This document shows positions 9,557 to 19,002 of a stretch of DNA of 64,000 nt, piece by piece; position 1 is the first letter of the stretch, and each line of letters begins with the position of its first letter. The stretch comes from Patescibacteria group bacterium (GTDB lineage: Bacteria > Patescibacteriota > Microgenomatia > UBA8517). Under the pieces are notes generated by a model that saw only the letters and a program-made list of their open reading frames with translations, was not told the DNA's origin and made no database searches. The DNA lies in the NCBI GenBank assembly GCA_036835125.1, contig DAITMO010000001.1:255508-319507 (forward strand), in the 5' to 3' direction. Position numbers and translations under genes: made by a program.

Positions 9557-10232
9557 TTATTAATCTTTTCGCACTTTCTTTTTGTAATAAACTGATTTTA
9601 TTTGCCAACCATTTCGATAGATTTTCTACTTGTTTCCAGTTTTTGATGTTTCCTTTTAAATTAATAGGTTTTCCAAAAGTTATTGCGTAGGGTCCTTTGA
9701 AATACCATTTGCCCCATTCAGAGACACCATTAATAATTGATTTGATAGATCGAATGTTTTTCTTTCGTACGCTTATTCCAATAGGTATAATAGGTCGTTT
9801 TGATGCCAGAGCCAATCTTACTGCACCAGTTTTTGGTTTATTAACTTTATGAAGGAATTTACTCAAATCTCCTTCTATAAAAACAACGATAGTTATTCCT
9901 TTGTTTAGTTTTACCAGTGCTTTTTCAAACGCTTCGGTTCCTTTACCATTAATTACAGGAATATGTCCTGAAAAATGTAAATACTTTCCAAATATAGGGA
10001 TATCAAAAAGGATATCTTTAATGAGTACTGAAGCTTGTCCATTTGTATATGAAGTTAAGACAAATGGATCTGTTGTTGTTGGGTGATTTGCAACCAATAT
10101 TTTTGCTCCCATTGGCATATTTGCATATCTAGCAACACTCATTTGAAACATAAATTTAGAATATACACCAACAGCCTTTCCCCCCAAGAAATATAGTGCT
10201 TTTCTGATAATGTTTTTGTTTATATTTAACAT
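9546..10232 (-). CDS. 1-acyl-sn-glycerol-3-phosphate acyltransferase-like (PlsC family)
   Basis: The HX4D acyltransferase motif is present (NHPTTTDP). The size is appropriate. Confidence 0.7.
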   Translation of the reverse strand: MLNINKNIIRKALYFLGGKAVGVYSKFMFQMSVARYANMPMGAKILVANHPTTTDPFVLTSYTNGQASVLIKDILFDIPIFGKYLHFSGHIPVINGKGTEAFEKALVKLNKGITIVVFIEGDLSKFLHKVNKPKTGAVRLALASKRPIIPIGISVRKKNIRSIKSIINGVSEWGKWYFKGPYAITFGKPINLKGNIKNWKQVENLSKWLANKISLLQKESAKRLINDY

Positions 10233-10308
10233 GTTAGGACTGAAGCTATCAGTATAGTCCTTTTTTATCTTCGATTCATTAAAAAAACAGAGTTCTTTAT
10301 TTGTACTA

Positions 10309-11418
10309 CTATTTTTTCTTGAAGATACTTACTACTATTGACCCAAGCCCTACCCAAAAGACTAACATTCCAAATATTCCTCCAATAACTGGGATTATCT
10401 TGATTAAATAAATAAGAATAAGTCCTATGGTGAAAGTCATAAAGTTTCCAGTTTTCAGTTTTGTTTTTTCTTTTAAGTAAATACCCAAAGCATTTGCAAA
10501 TATAATTTTTGCCATATATCCATAGAGCATTAAGAGTAAAATCACAATTCCAATAAGAGGAATTCCAACAACTGTTAAAAGAAGAATTACTATTCCTGGC
10601 AAAATTCCAATCATCACCAAAAATCCTATTCCCATACTCTTCCAAAATGATCCCTTTATTGTTTCTGTAGCTTTAGTAATAAAGGGATTAAAGGTTTTGA
10701 TTGCAATTAGTCCTATTATTAGAGCACCCAAGAAGGAGAATATGTTTCCGACAGCATGTGTTTTTGCAAACATTTTTGGAGCACTTTGTTCTGCTTTTTT
10801 AATTTGGTTTTGTGCAGTAGCAGTATTTGCTTTATGAATTTCTCCAGAAATGATTGCTTTATCAGAAATATTTGTTTGTCCGGTTTCAGATCCTGATGCA
10901 TAATATAAATCTTTTCCTACTATTGTCTTTTCTCCAATTGTTAGAAAACCTGCTCCAACCATTAAATTTCTTTTAATAGTTGTATTTATGTTTACACTGG
11001 AAGCTCCTGTTATGATTGACCCTCCAACTATGGAGTCACTGTCAATGGTTATGTTCTGACCACCCGTAATGATTGACCCTCCAATTTTTGCAGAGGAGAT
11101 ATTAAAGTTCTGTGTACCTGCATAGATATTACCCTTAACTGTTCCACTTAGGTTTATTGTTTGGGCTCCAATATGGAGATTGCCATTGACCGTTCCATTT
11201 ATTTTTACTGTTTGTGCACCAATAAAAAGATCTCCGTTAATAACTCCTTCAATGTTTGCTCCCTGGGCACCAATAAAAAGATCATCGTTTATTATTTCTG
11301 TTTTGGAAATATTCACATCTCCATTTTCAGAAGTGAGTACCTTAGCTGAGGTTTGAGGAACAAAGAGCAAAAATAAAAGTACAAAGGAGGCAATAATAGA
11401 TGCAAATACTTTCTTCAT
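10309..11418 (-). CDS. Secreted/membrane protein with bactofilin-like beta-helical repeats and a C-terminal polytopic membrane domain
   Basis: A signal peptide is followed by repeated units such as GDLFIGAQTVKINGTVNGNLHIGAQTINLSGTVKGNIYAG. The C-terminal third is strongly hydrophobic, with about 4 TM helices. Confidence 0.5.
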   Translation of the reverse strand: MKKVFASIIASFVLLFLLFVPQTSAKVLTSENGDVNISKTEIINDDLFIGAQGANIEGVINGDLFIGAQTVKINGTVNGNLHIGAQTINLSGTVKGNIYAGTQNFNISSAKIGGSIITGGQNITIDSDSIVGGSIITGASSVNINTTIKRNLMVGAGFLTIGEKTIVGKDLYYASGSETGQTNISDKAIISGEIHKANTATAQNQIKKAEQSAPKMFAKTHAVGNIFSFLGALIIGLIAIKTFNPFITKATETIKGSFWKSMGIGFLVMIGILPGIVILLLTVVGIPLIGIVILLLMLYGYMAKIIFANALGIYLKEKTKLKTGNFMTFTIGLILIYLIKIIPVIGGIFGMLVFWVGLGSIVVSIFKKK

Positions 11419-11471
11419 AAATTCATTATATCAATTTAGTTTTTATATACAAATTCTATTATAATTGGTTA

Positions 11472-12452
11472 ATGAAGTCTGTCCAAAAGTTTCTTTTTGT
11501 TGCCTCAGTAGTAATAGTTTTAATTGCTTCATTTATTATATTAAGACCCAAAAGTAACCCTCTTTTAATTGAAGAGTTAAAGGGTGGTAGATACCCTGGA
11601 AGCAACATAGAAATTGAAGAAACTCTAAAGCCTGAGAAAACATACAGTCGTTATATTGTTTCTTATTACTCTCAAGGATTAAAACTATACGGACTACTAC
11701 TTGTTCCAAATACTAAAAAGCCCGTAAATGGGTATCCTGTTATTGTTCTTTCTCACGGATATATAATTCCTGAGAAATATACTCCTGATGGAAATTACAC
11801 TGCCTATTTTGATGCTTTTGCAGATGCAGGATATATTGTTTTTAAACCAAATTACAGAGGGCATGGAAAAAGTGAAGGGGTGCCAGGAAGTGCTTATTTT
11901 TCTTCCGATTATGTTATTGATGTACTAAATGGCATATCCTCAATTAAAAGATTTGGAGAGGTAGATAAAGAAAGAATTGGTATATGGGGACATTCAATGG
12001 GTGGAAACATTTCACTTAAAGTTGTCGAAGTTTCAAAAGATATTAAAGCTTTATCTATTTGGTCGGGAGTCGTTGCTCCAATTAATGACATAATTTATAA
12101 CTGGCAGGGAAGAGTTTCCTATAAACCAGATTTACTTGATTTGGAACTAAGGAACAAAGGGGTTGAGAAATTGTTGCAGGAACATGGAACACCTTCTAAA
12201 AATCCCATGTTTTGGGATAAAATTGACCCCAATACATACTTGTCTGATATAAATATTCCTATCCAAATTAGTGTTGGCCTTTCAGATAATCAAGTTCCAC
12301 CAGATTTTTCAAAAGGTTTATATGAAAGGTTAATTTTATTAAATAAAGATGTTGAGTATTTTGAGTATAGGGGAGCAAATCATGATATTAATCAAAGTTT
12401 TTCGGATGCAATGAAAAATACTTTAGTTTTTTTTGATAGATATTTGAAATAG
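11472..12452 (+). CDS. Alpha/beta hydrolase (dienelactone hydrolase / S9 peptidase-like)
   Basis: The nucleophile elbow is GHSMGG. There is an N-terminal TM/signal segment. Confidence 0.7.
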   Translation: MKSVQKFLFVASVVIVLIASFIILRPKSNPLLIEELKGGRYPGSNIEIEETLKPEKTYSRYIVSYYSQGLKLYGLLLVPNTKKPVNGYPVIVLSHGYIIPEKYTPDGNYTAYFDAFADAGYIVFKPNYRGHGKSEGVPGSAYFSSDYVIDVLNGISSIKRFGEVDKERIGIWGHSMGGNISLKVVEVSKDIKALSIWSGVVAPINDIIYNWQGRVSYKPDLLDLELRNKGVEKLLQEHGTPSKNPMFWDKIDPNTYLSDINIPIQISVGLSDNQVPPDFSKGLYERLILLNKDVEYFEYRGANHDINQSFSDAMKNTLVFFDRYLK

Positions 12453-12512
12453 TAAAATAAATGTTTTTAAAGTTAGTGGTTAAGTTAATAAGTAAAAAGG
12501 TATAATTCTCCA

Positions 12513-13541
12513 ATGAAAGAAAGAATTAAATCAATCGATTCATTAAGAGGTCTTTCAATTTTGGCTGTTATTTTAATTCATACAACAACAAGAACATTGG
12601 AAACATCCAACTTTGATTTAGTTGGTTTTTCTTGGACTTTGTTTTTAAACCAAATTATGCGTTTTGCAGTTCCTCTTTTTATGATAATTTCAGGATTTGT
12701 ACTAGAGAGAAGTAATAAAGTTGAGAATTATTGGTCTTTTATTAAAAGAAGATTTACAAAAATATTTATTCCATATATTGTTTGGAGCCTTTTTTATTAT
12801 TTTGTTGTCTACAACAACAATCATGATAATCTTACAAAAGTGTTTTTGACAGGGAACGCTTCTTATCAACTATATTTTATTCCTGCACTACTAATTTTCT
12901 ATTTGACCTTTCCACTGCTTCATAAACTGGTTTACAAGGTCCCAAATAAAATTATTTTTATAATTGCTTCTATTGTTGGGCTTATATTTCTTTACAAAAA
13001 TTATTATATTAAGGCCTTTGATTTGGGGGATGAGATTAATGCAATGATTCTTTCATTTGTTTATTTTGTGATAGGAGTAATATCGGGGAAAAATAAAGAG
13101 TATATAGATATAATCACAAACAAATTCAAACTGTTTTTGTCCATTCCTACGGCATTTTTAGGAATACTAATATTTATTGAAGGAAAGGTAAGATATTTTT
13201 CTACAGGTAACTACCTATCATATTACTCACAATGGCGCCCAAGTGTGTTTTTTTATTCATTAATGGTTGCTCTTACTTTTTATTATATTTTTGAACATAC
13301 AAAGTTTAAGGATTCGTTTGTTTCAAGGTTTTCCAGGCATTCTTTCTTTGCATTTTTTGTACATGTGGGAGTATTAGAGTTAGTTTGGAATATTGTTGGA
13401 AAAAATTACTTTTATATAACAAGCGTTATTGATGGGAAAATAATTTTTGATCCGCTATTTTTTGGAGTGGTTGCTTTTATATCTTTTATGGTTTCAAAAT
13501 TGGTTCATAAAATCCCCATGTCTTCTAAAGTGGTGGGGTAA
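12513..13541 (+). CDS. Acyltransferase family 3 membrane protein (OatA-like)
   Basis: The N-terminal SIDSLRGLSILAVILIHT is typical of the family. The protein has about 10 TM segments. Confidence 0.7.
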   Translation: MKERIKSIDSLRGLSILAVILIHTTTRTLETSNFDLVGFSWTLFLNQIMRFAVPLFMIISGFVLERSNKVENYWSFIKRRFTKIFIPYIVWSLFYYFVVYNNNHDNLTKVFLTGNASYQLYFIPALLIFYLTFPLLHKLVYKVPNKIIFIIASIVGLIFLYKNYYIKAFDLGDEINAMILSFVYFVIGVISGKNKEYIDIITNKFKLFLSIPTAFLGILIFIEGKVRYFSTGNYLSYYSQWRPSVFFYSLMVALTFYYIFEHTKFKDSFVSRFSRHSFFAFFVHVGVLELVWNIVGKNYFYITSVIDGKIIFDPLFFGVVAFISFMVSKLVHKIPMSSKVVG

Positions 13542-13964
13542 TTATTTTGCGTATGCAATTATGAGGGTTCCTATGGTCATCAACACTGCTCCAAGCGCAA
13601 TTTGCCATGTAAATTTTTCATGAAGAAGGAGTGCAGCAAATATAATTGTTAGAACTAAACTCATCTTATCAATTGGTACAACTTTTGTAGCTTCACCAAC
13701 TTTTAGGGCATAAAAATAAAAAAGCCAAGAGGCACCTGTTGCCAAAGCAGAAAGAATCAAAAATATCCAGGAAGTTTTTGAGATGGTTGTAATTGAAGGA
13801 ATGCTTTTTTGGAAAAATGCAATTCCCCATGTAAAGACTAATATAATAGAAGTTCTTATAGCAGTTGCTAAATTACTGTCTACATTTTTTATTCCTATCT
13901 TTGCAAAAATTGAAGTGAGTGCTGCAAAGACTGCTGAGAATATTGCTGCAATGTACCAAGGCAT
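13542..13964 (-). CDS. EamA-like (DMT superfamily) small transporter, single domain
   Basis: A 140-aa protein with four hydrophobic helices and an EamA-like pattern. Confidence 0.55.
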   Translation of the reverse strand: MPWYIAAIFSAVFAALTSIFAKIGIKNVDSNLATAIRTSIILVFTWGIAFFQKSIPSITTISKTSWIFLILSALATGASWLFYFYALKVGEATKVVPIDKMSLVLTIIFAALLLHEKFTWQIALGAVLMTIGTLIIAYAK

Positions 13965-14233
13965 ATCTTTATTATAATAGTTTTTGTAACTGATGTTTGG
14001 TCAATAAAGGGGTTTTTAATAATAAACTATTTATCAACCACCTGGATCAAGCTTTTTAACATGGCTTCTTTAATATTTTTTCCGGAAAACCAATTATTTA
14101 AAAAAACAATAGCATGCTTATTTTGATTACATTTTTTAAGATAATATTTATTAATATGACCACCCTTTTTGAGAAGAACTTGGGCAAGCTCGTGTATCGA
14201 AAGATTGTTGAATATAACCCATTATAGCATGTT

Positions 14234-14800
14234 TTATGGTTGGCAGTTTGGCCAAATACCACTTTTTCCTTTTGAGAGTGCATATGAGGCAGTTTGTACT
14301 GATTCTTCTGCTGAATATCGGAGATCTGGATTTGTATCTTCTCCGAATTCTTGTCTTATGTTTTTCCAGGTAATTGGCCCAAATTGATAAAGTCCAACAT
14401 ATCCTGCGTTCTCTGCATTTGATCTAAAACCTGATTCACAAATTGCAATATAGCGAAGAACATTAGGATCAACACCATACTGAGAAGCAAATCTTTCAAT
14501 AAAACTATTAATTTCAGAAGAACTTGCACCTACTGGAGTTGGTGTTGGTTTAGGTGTTGGTGAGGGAGTTATTGTTGGTGTAAAAGTTGGTATTGGTTTG
14601 GGAGTCAAAGTATTAGTTGGTGTTGGGATATCTGTTGGTTCTGAGGTTTCAGTTGGATTAATTGTTGAAATTGGTGTGGGGGAGGATTTCACCTCAGAAA
14701 CAGTTCCCAATACTTTCTCTTTTGTATTTTTTCCTAATAGATACATTGAAAAAAGGTAAATTAAACAAAGAAATGTTAATACTTTATAAAGTGTCTTCAT
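14234..14800 (-). CDS. Secreted Rpf-like transglycosylase-domain protein with a Pro/Thr-rich linker
   Basis: The C-terminus reads RYIAICESGFRSNAENAGYVGLYQFGPITW, which matches the transglycosylase-like (Rpf) domain signature. A PTPT-rich linker precedes it. The start was chosen at MKTLYKVL, which begins a signal peptide. Confidence 0.6.
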   Translation of the reverse strand: MKTLYKVLTFLCLIYLFSMYLLGKNTKEKVLGTVSEVKSSPTPISTINPTETSEPTDIPTPTNTLTPKPIPTFTPTITPSPTPKPTPTPVGASSSEINSFIERFASQYGVDPNVLRYIAICESGFRSNAENAGYVGLYQFGPITWKNIRQEFGEDTNPDLRYSAEESVQTASYALSKGKSGIWPNCQP

Positions 14801-14840
14801 TCGGCAAATTTTAGTACATGTTTTAACAAATTGCACTTTA

Positions 14841-14869
14841 TTGACAATTATGAACATATGTGCAATAAT
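14841..14869 (+). promoter_or_regulatory. Sigma-70-like promoter for the DUF134 gene
   Basis: TTGACA at 14841-14846, a 17-bp spacer, and AATAAT at 14864-14869. The RBS GGGAG lies 2 nt upstream of the ATG at 14878. Confidence 0.35.
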
Positions 14870-14877
14870 AGGGAGCA

Positions 14878-15333
14878 ATGAGAGGTAGACCAAAAAGAAA
14901 AAGATTTGTAGAGTTTTCTCCGGAAGTTACTTACCTTAAGCCGGTTGGGATTCCATTAAGAAACTTACAAATTGAAATTTTAAGTTTAGATGAATTTGAA
15001 GCAATTCGACTTTATGATTTTGTTGGATTAGAACAGGAAGAAGCATCAAAAAAAATGAAGATTTCAAGAACAACCTTTTTAAGAGTACTTCACTCTGCCC
15101 ATACAAAAATTGCTAAAAGTTTAGTTTATGGAAGAGCAATAAAAGTGAAAGGAGGTGATATTGTTATGAGAGGAAAAAGACTGGGGATGGGTCGTGGTTT
15201 TGGATCTATTGGAACAAATGAATGTGTTTGTCCTAAATGCGGAGAAAAAATACCTCACAAACGTGGAATTCCATGTTCTCAAATATTATGTCCAAAATGT
15301 AAAACTCCAATGGCAGGAGAATATTGTAGATAA
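14878..15333 (+). CDS. DUF134 (UPF0251) predicted DNA-binding protein with a C-terminal Cys4 zinc ribbon
   Basis: The N-terminal region has RGRPK...FKP-like features and a sigma-70 region-4-like HTH (SRTTFLRVLHSAHTKIAKSL). The C-terminal Cys pairs are CPKCGEK...CPKCKTPM. Confidence 0.6.
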   Translation: MRGRPKRKRFVEFSPEVTYLKPVGIPLRNLQIEILSLDEFEAIRLYDFVGLEQEEASKKMKISRTTFLRVLHSAHTKIAKSLVYGRAIKVKGGDIVMRGKRLGMGRGFGSIGTNECVCPKCGEKIPHKRGIPCSQILCPKCKTPMAGEYCR

Positions 15334-15395
15334 ATCTTTGTTCTAGTTTATCGGATTTATTGTGGTAAAATTTTGTGTAGAGCAAAAAAATAACA

Positions 15396-16322
15396 ATGAT
15401 TAGAGTCTACAACAAAAAAATAAGGGATGATAAATCAAGAGTTTCTTCAAAATTAATAGATATAAAGGGGTCTTTTATTTATTGTGTTGATCCATCATTT
15501 GAAGAGAAAGATGACATATTAGAAAAACTTGGAATCGATTCAAGTTTAATTAGGGATGCACTCGATCCTTATGAAGTCCCACGTTTGGAAGAAAAAGATA
15601 ATTTATTTTTTGTTATTTCTAGTTTTCCCGTAAAGGCGGAAAGCAAGCTTTTAAGTATTCCTTTCGGTTTGGCGGTTGGTGCTAACTTTGTTGCAGTTAT
15701 TTCATCAAGAAGATTGGATTTTTTGGAAAATTGGTTTACCTTGGGAGAAAATTTTGTAACAACTCAAAAAACAAAATTAGTTAATCTAATATTTAAAAAA
15801 TTGATGGAGGAGTATAACAAACAATTGGCAGTGATTGACAAAGAATTTCATCGTATTTCTTTGACACCCGGCAAAATATCAAGTGAAGAGATTACAAAAT
15901 TGGTTTGGTTTGAAGAATCTTTAAACTTAATTATTGGAGATTTGGTACCAACTGATGCCATACTTAGAAATATTTTATCAGGAAAGAAAATGAAACTCTT
16001 TGATGAAGATAAGGAACTAATTGAGGATACAGTTCTTTATACAGAGCAATTAATGGAAATGGTTAGATCAAATTTAATGAAGATAACCAATCTTCGCGGA
16101 GTGTATTCAGCTCTTCTTACAGACAATCTTAATAACACAATGAAACTGTTAGCTGCAATTACAGTTGTTCTTACAATACCCACAATTGTTGCAAGTATTT
16201 ATGGAATGAATATAACTTTACCTTTACAAAATCATCCGTTTGCTTTTGCTTTTGTAATACTTTTTATTCTTCTTTCAAGCGTTATTTTAATTTACTTGTT
16301 TATTAAGAATAAGTGGTTTTAA
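15396..16322 (+). CDS. corA: CorA-family magnesium/cobalt transporter
   Basis: There are two C-terminal TM helices. The GMN motif is present (YGMNITLP). Confidence 0.8.
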   Translation: MIRVYNKKIRDDKSRVSSKLIDIKGSFIYCVDPSFEEKDDILEKLGIDSSLIRDALDPYEVPRLEEKDNLFFVISSFPVKAESKLLSIPFGLAVGANFVAVISSRRLDFLENWFTLGENFVTTQKTKLVNLIFKKLMEEYNKQLAVIDKEFHRISLTPGKISSEEITKLVWFEESLNLIIGDLVPTDAILRNILSGKKMKLFDEDKELIEDTVLYTEQLMEMVRSNLMKITNLRGVYSALLTDNLNNTMKLLAAITVVLTIPTIVASIYGMNITLPLQNHPFAFAFVILFILLSSVILIYLFIKNKWF

Positions 16323-16380
16323 AATATTTTTTGTAAATAACAAAGAAATCAAATCTATTTTTGTAGAATATAATGAATCT

Positions 16381-17193
16381 ATGATTAATGAAAAAAGAAA
16401 AACTGTCGGTTTAGCTCTTGGAAGTGGGGGCTGGAGAGGTCTTGCTCATATTGGTGTAATCAAAGAATTTAATCGTGAGGGTATTCCAATTGACTTCATT
16501 GCAGGTAGTAGTACAGGGGCTCTAATTGGTGGTCTTTATAGTTATTTCAAGGATACTGAAAAGATTGAGAATATTGTTAAAAGTTTTACATACAGGAAAC
16601 TCTATCAGCTTTTGATTGAACCAGGTCGGAGGCTGGGACTAATAAAAGGAGGAAAATATGTGAATTTTTTGGAAAGAACTGTTAAGGGAGTAAGTATTCA
16701 GGATCTTCCAATAAAATTTACAGCTGTAGCAGCAGATCTTTTTGATGCAAAAGTTGTTGAAATAAAACGAGGGAAACTTAGTACTGCAATTAGAGCAAGC
16801 TCATCAATTCCTTTAGTTTTTAGACCAGTAAGAAGGAAGGGAAGGTATTTAATTGATGGAGGAGCCGTTCTTCCTGTTCCTGTTAAAACTGTCAAAAAAA
16901 TGGGAGCTGATATTGTTGTTGCAGTTAATCTATATAACAATGTTTTTCCTTTTCAGTTGGAATACTTAAAAAAGCCACGACTTACTTCATGGGCAGTTGG
17001 AAGAATTTCATATCAAATGATGCTTCACTCTTTGGCAGACGAGAATGTAAAAGAGGCAGATTTTGTAATTAATCCAAAAATTTGGGAAGGACATTTTGAT
17101 ATTTTTAGTAAATTTATTAATAACCGCTCAACAATTGAGGATGGAGAGATAGCCGCAAGACATATCATTCCCAAAATTAAAAAACTTTTATAA
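16381..17193 (+). CDS. Patatin-like phospholipase
   Basis: The glycine-rich motif reads GLALGSGGWRG. The serine-lipase motif reads GSSTG. Confidence 0.8.
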   Translation: MINEKRKTVGLALGSGGWRGLAHIGVIKEFNREGIPIDFIAGSSTGALIGGLYSYFKDTEKIENIVKSFTYRKLYQLLIEPGRRLGLIKGGKYVNFLERTVKGVSIQDLPIKFTAVAADLFDAKVVEIKRGKLSTAIRASSSIPLVFRPVRRKGRYLIDGGAVLPVPVKTVKKMGADIVVAVNLYNNVFPFQLEYLKKPRLTSWAVGRISYQMMLHSLADENVKEADFVINPKIWEGHFDIFSKFINNRSTIEDGEIAARHIIPKIKKLL

Positions 17194-18315
17194 ATGAAAA
17201 AGATATTATTGTCATTACTTCTTTTTTTAATGTTGGTACCTTTTGCTTTTAGCACACTGTCTGCTCAAGAGACTGATGTGTTAAAGGATGAAACACTTGA
17301 GGGGAAAATTGTGGAAGTTATTGAGACTAAAAACATATCATTTGAAGACGGATCTTTACGTCAAAAATATCAAAAATTAAAGATTTATATCAATAAAGGT
17401 TCAATAAAAAGCCAGGAAATTGTTGTTGAAAGTGGAGCTTTTCCTTCAGCAAATATCGTTGAATATAAAGTGGGAGATAAGGTACTTATTACAAAATCAG
17501 TTGGAATTGATGGTGAGAGTGAATTTTATATCACAGATTATGTAAGAAGAACTCCAATGCTTATTTTATCTTTAATCTTTGTTTTATTAACTGTTCTTAT
17601 AGGCAGGATTCGTGGTGCTCTTTCCCTTCTTGGAATGGGAATATCTTTTGCAGTTATATTTGTAATGATACTTCCCAGGATTCTTTCAGGCGGGGATCCT
17701 GTTGAAACAGCAATATTAGGGTCATTCATTATTATTCCTGCTACTTTTTTCTTGTCTCATGGATTCAATAAAAAGACTGGTGTAGCAATTGCAGGGACAT
17801 TACTATCTTTGATAGTCGTTGGAGTTTTATCTGTCATTTTTGTGGATCTGGTAAAGCTTACAGGTTTTGCTTCAGAAGAGGCAGGTTTTTTGCAAACAAT
17901 GATTGGAGAGTCAATCAATATAAAAGGTTTGCTTTTGGCGGGGATAATTATTGGAGTTTTGGGAGTACTTGATGATATCACCATTTCTCAATCAGCAATT
18001 GTTTATCAACTTAAAAAAGCTAATAGTTCTCTTAAGGCAGGAGAACTATATAAAAGGGCGATGGATATTGGACAAGATCATATTTCTTCTATGGTTAATA
18101 CACTTGTTTTAGTTTATGCAGGAGCTGCACTACCCCTTCTAATAATATTTGTTAGCGGATCCCATTCTTTTTCTGAAATAATTAATTATGAAATTGTGGC
18201 GGATGAAGTGGTTAGAACAATGGTGGGAAGTATTGGCTTAATAATGGCCGTTCCAATTACAACTTTTATTGCAACAATGGTAGTATCTTCATCAAAGATA
18301 AGTAAAGAAAAGTAA
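17194..18315 (+). CDS. YibE/F-family membrane protein
   Basis: A signal peptide and soluble N-domain precede about 7 TM helices. The pattern resembles the YibE/F family. Confidence 0.55.
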   Translation: MKKILLSLLLFLMLVPFAFSTLSAQETDVLKDETLEGKIVEVIETKNISFEDGSLRQKYQKLKIYINKGSIKSQEIVVESGAFPSANIVEYKVGDKVLITKSVGIDGESEFYITDYVRRTPMLILSLIFVLLTVLIGRIRGALSLLGMGISFAVIFVMILPRILSGGDPVETAILGSFIIIPATFFLSHGFNKKTGVAIAGTLLSLIVVGVLSVIFVDLVKLTGFASEEAGFLQTMIGESINIKGLLLAGIIIGVLGVLDDITISQSAIVYQLKKANSSLKAGELYKRAMDIGQDHISSMVNTLVLVYAGAALPLLIIFVSGSHSFSEIINYEIVADEVVRTMVGSIGLIMAVPITTFIATMVVSSSKISKEK

Positions 18316-18324
18316 AAAATAGTT

Positions 18325-19002
18325 TTACTTGCAATTTTTAGATTTTATATATCCTGCCTTTTTAGCTTCTGTTTCAGAGCAAAACCACTCTTCTCCTTTA
18401 TATCTTTCAATAATTGAAGAGGAGTACATATTACATTCTGGAAGAATATATTCTTTGTTCTTTGTGTGTTCTATGATATTTCCTTTTATGGCACACTTTG
18501 GATTTGGAGGAGTTGTTTGATAACATTCAGAAGAAAATATTCCTAAGTTGTTTTTCCTTGCAAAGTTGTTTGCGGCATCCAGAATTTCATTTTGGGTAGA
18601 GGTGTCCCAAATATGAAGTGCTAAGCCATTTTTTACCATATATTCATTAATGTTTTCACCATCTTTGGAATAGACCATTGCCATTACTCTACCATAGCGG
18701 TCTGTTTTGAGTTCTTTTAAAATAACTTTTTTTCCATCAATCATTTTTGTTAACATTGCTTTGGATTCTTTTCCTGCACAGTTTTCTTCTTCGGGAGCAT
18801 CAAGAGAGGAAAGTCTAATTGTTTGATCACGTCCGATTTTGAAAGAATCTCCATCAATTACACTAACTACTTTTTCATATGGAGAGATAACTTTTTTGGT
18901 AACCATTGCACCTCCAGAAATTAATAAAATTCCTCCGATAACTCCGGCAGTTATCTTTGTTTTTAATGATTTACCTTTCTTTTTAGAAGTTTGCTTTACC
19001 AT
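18325..19002 (-). CDS. Thermonuclease (SNase-like) with a C-terminal Cys-containing extension
   Basis: An N-terminal TM helix is followed by the SNase core (IRLSSLDAPE...DRYGR). The C-terminal segment carries C..NP.C.IKGNI ... WFCSE.EA..AGY ... C. Confidence 0.7.
   Translation of the reverse strand: MVKQTSKKKGKSLKTKITAGVIGGILLISGGAMVTKKVISPYEKVVSVIDGDSFKIGRDQTIRLSSLDAPEEENCAGKESKAMLTKMIDGKKVILKELKTDRYGRVMAMVYSKDGENINEYMVKNGLALHIWDTSTQNEILDAANNFARKNNLGIFSSECYQTTPPNPKCAIKGNIIEHTKNKEYILPECNMYSSSIIERYKGEEWFCSETEAKKAGYIKSKNCK

Noticed and set aside
10265-10645. 126-aa minus-strand ORF overlapping the bactofilin-like gene in another frame
   Set aside because: It is an alternative frame of the hydrophobic C-terminal region of a longer supported ORF. 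It is W/N/S-rich nonsense-like.
14500-14660. Short tandem-looking nucleotide repeats (ggtgttgg / ttggtgt units). Similar units recur at 46090..46210 and 48500..48550
   Set aside because: They encode Pro/Thr-rich linkers (PTPTPT) inside ORFs. They are not spacer-separated direct repeats, so not CRISPR and not an intergenic repeat array.
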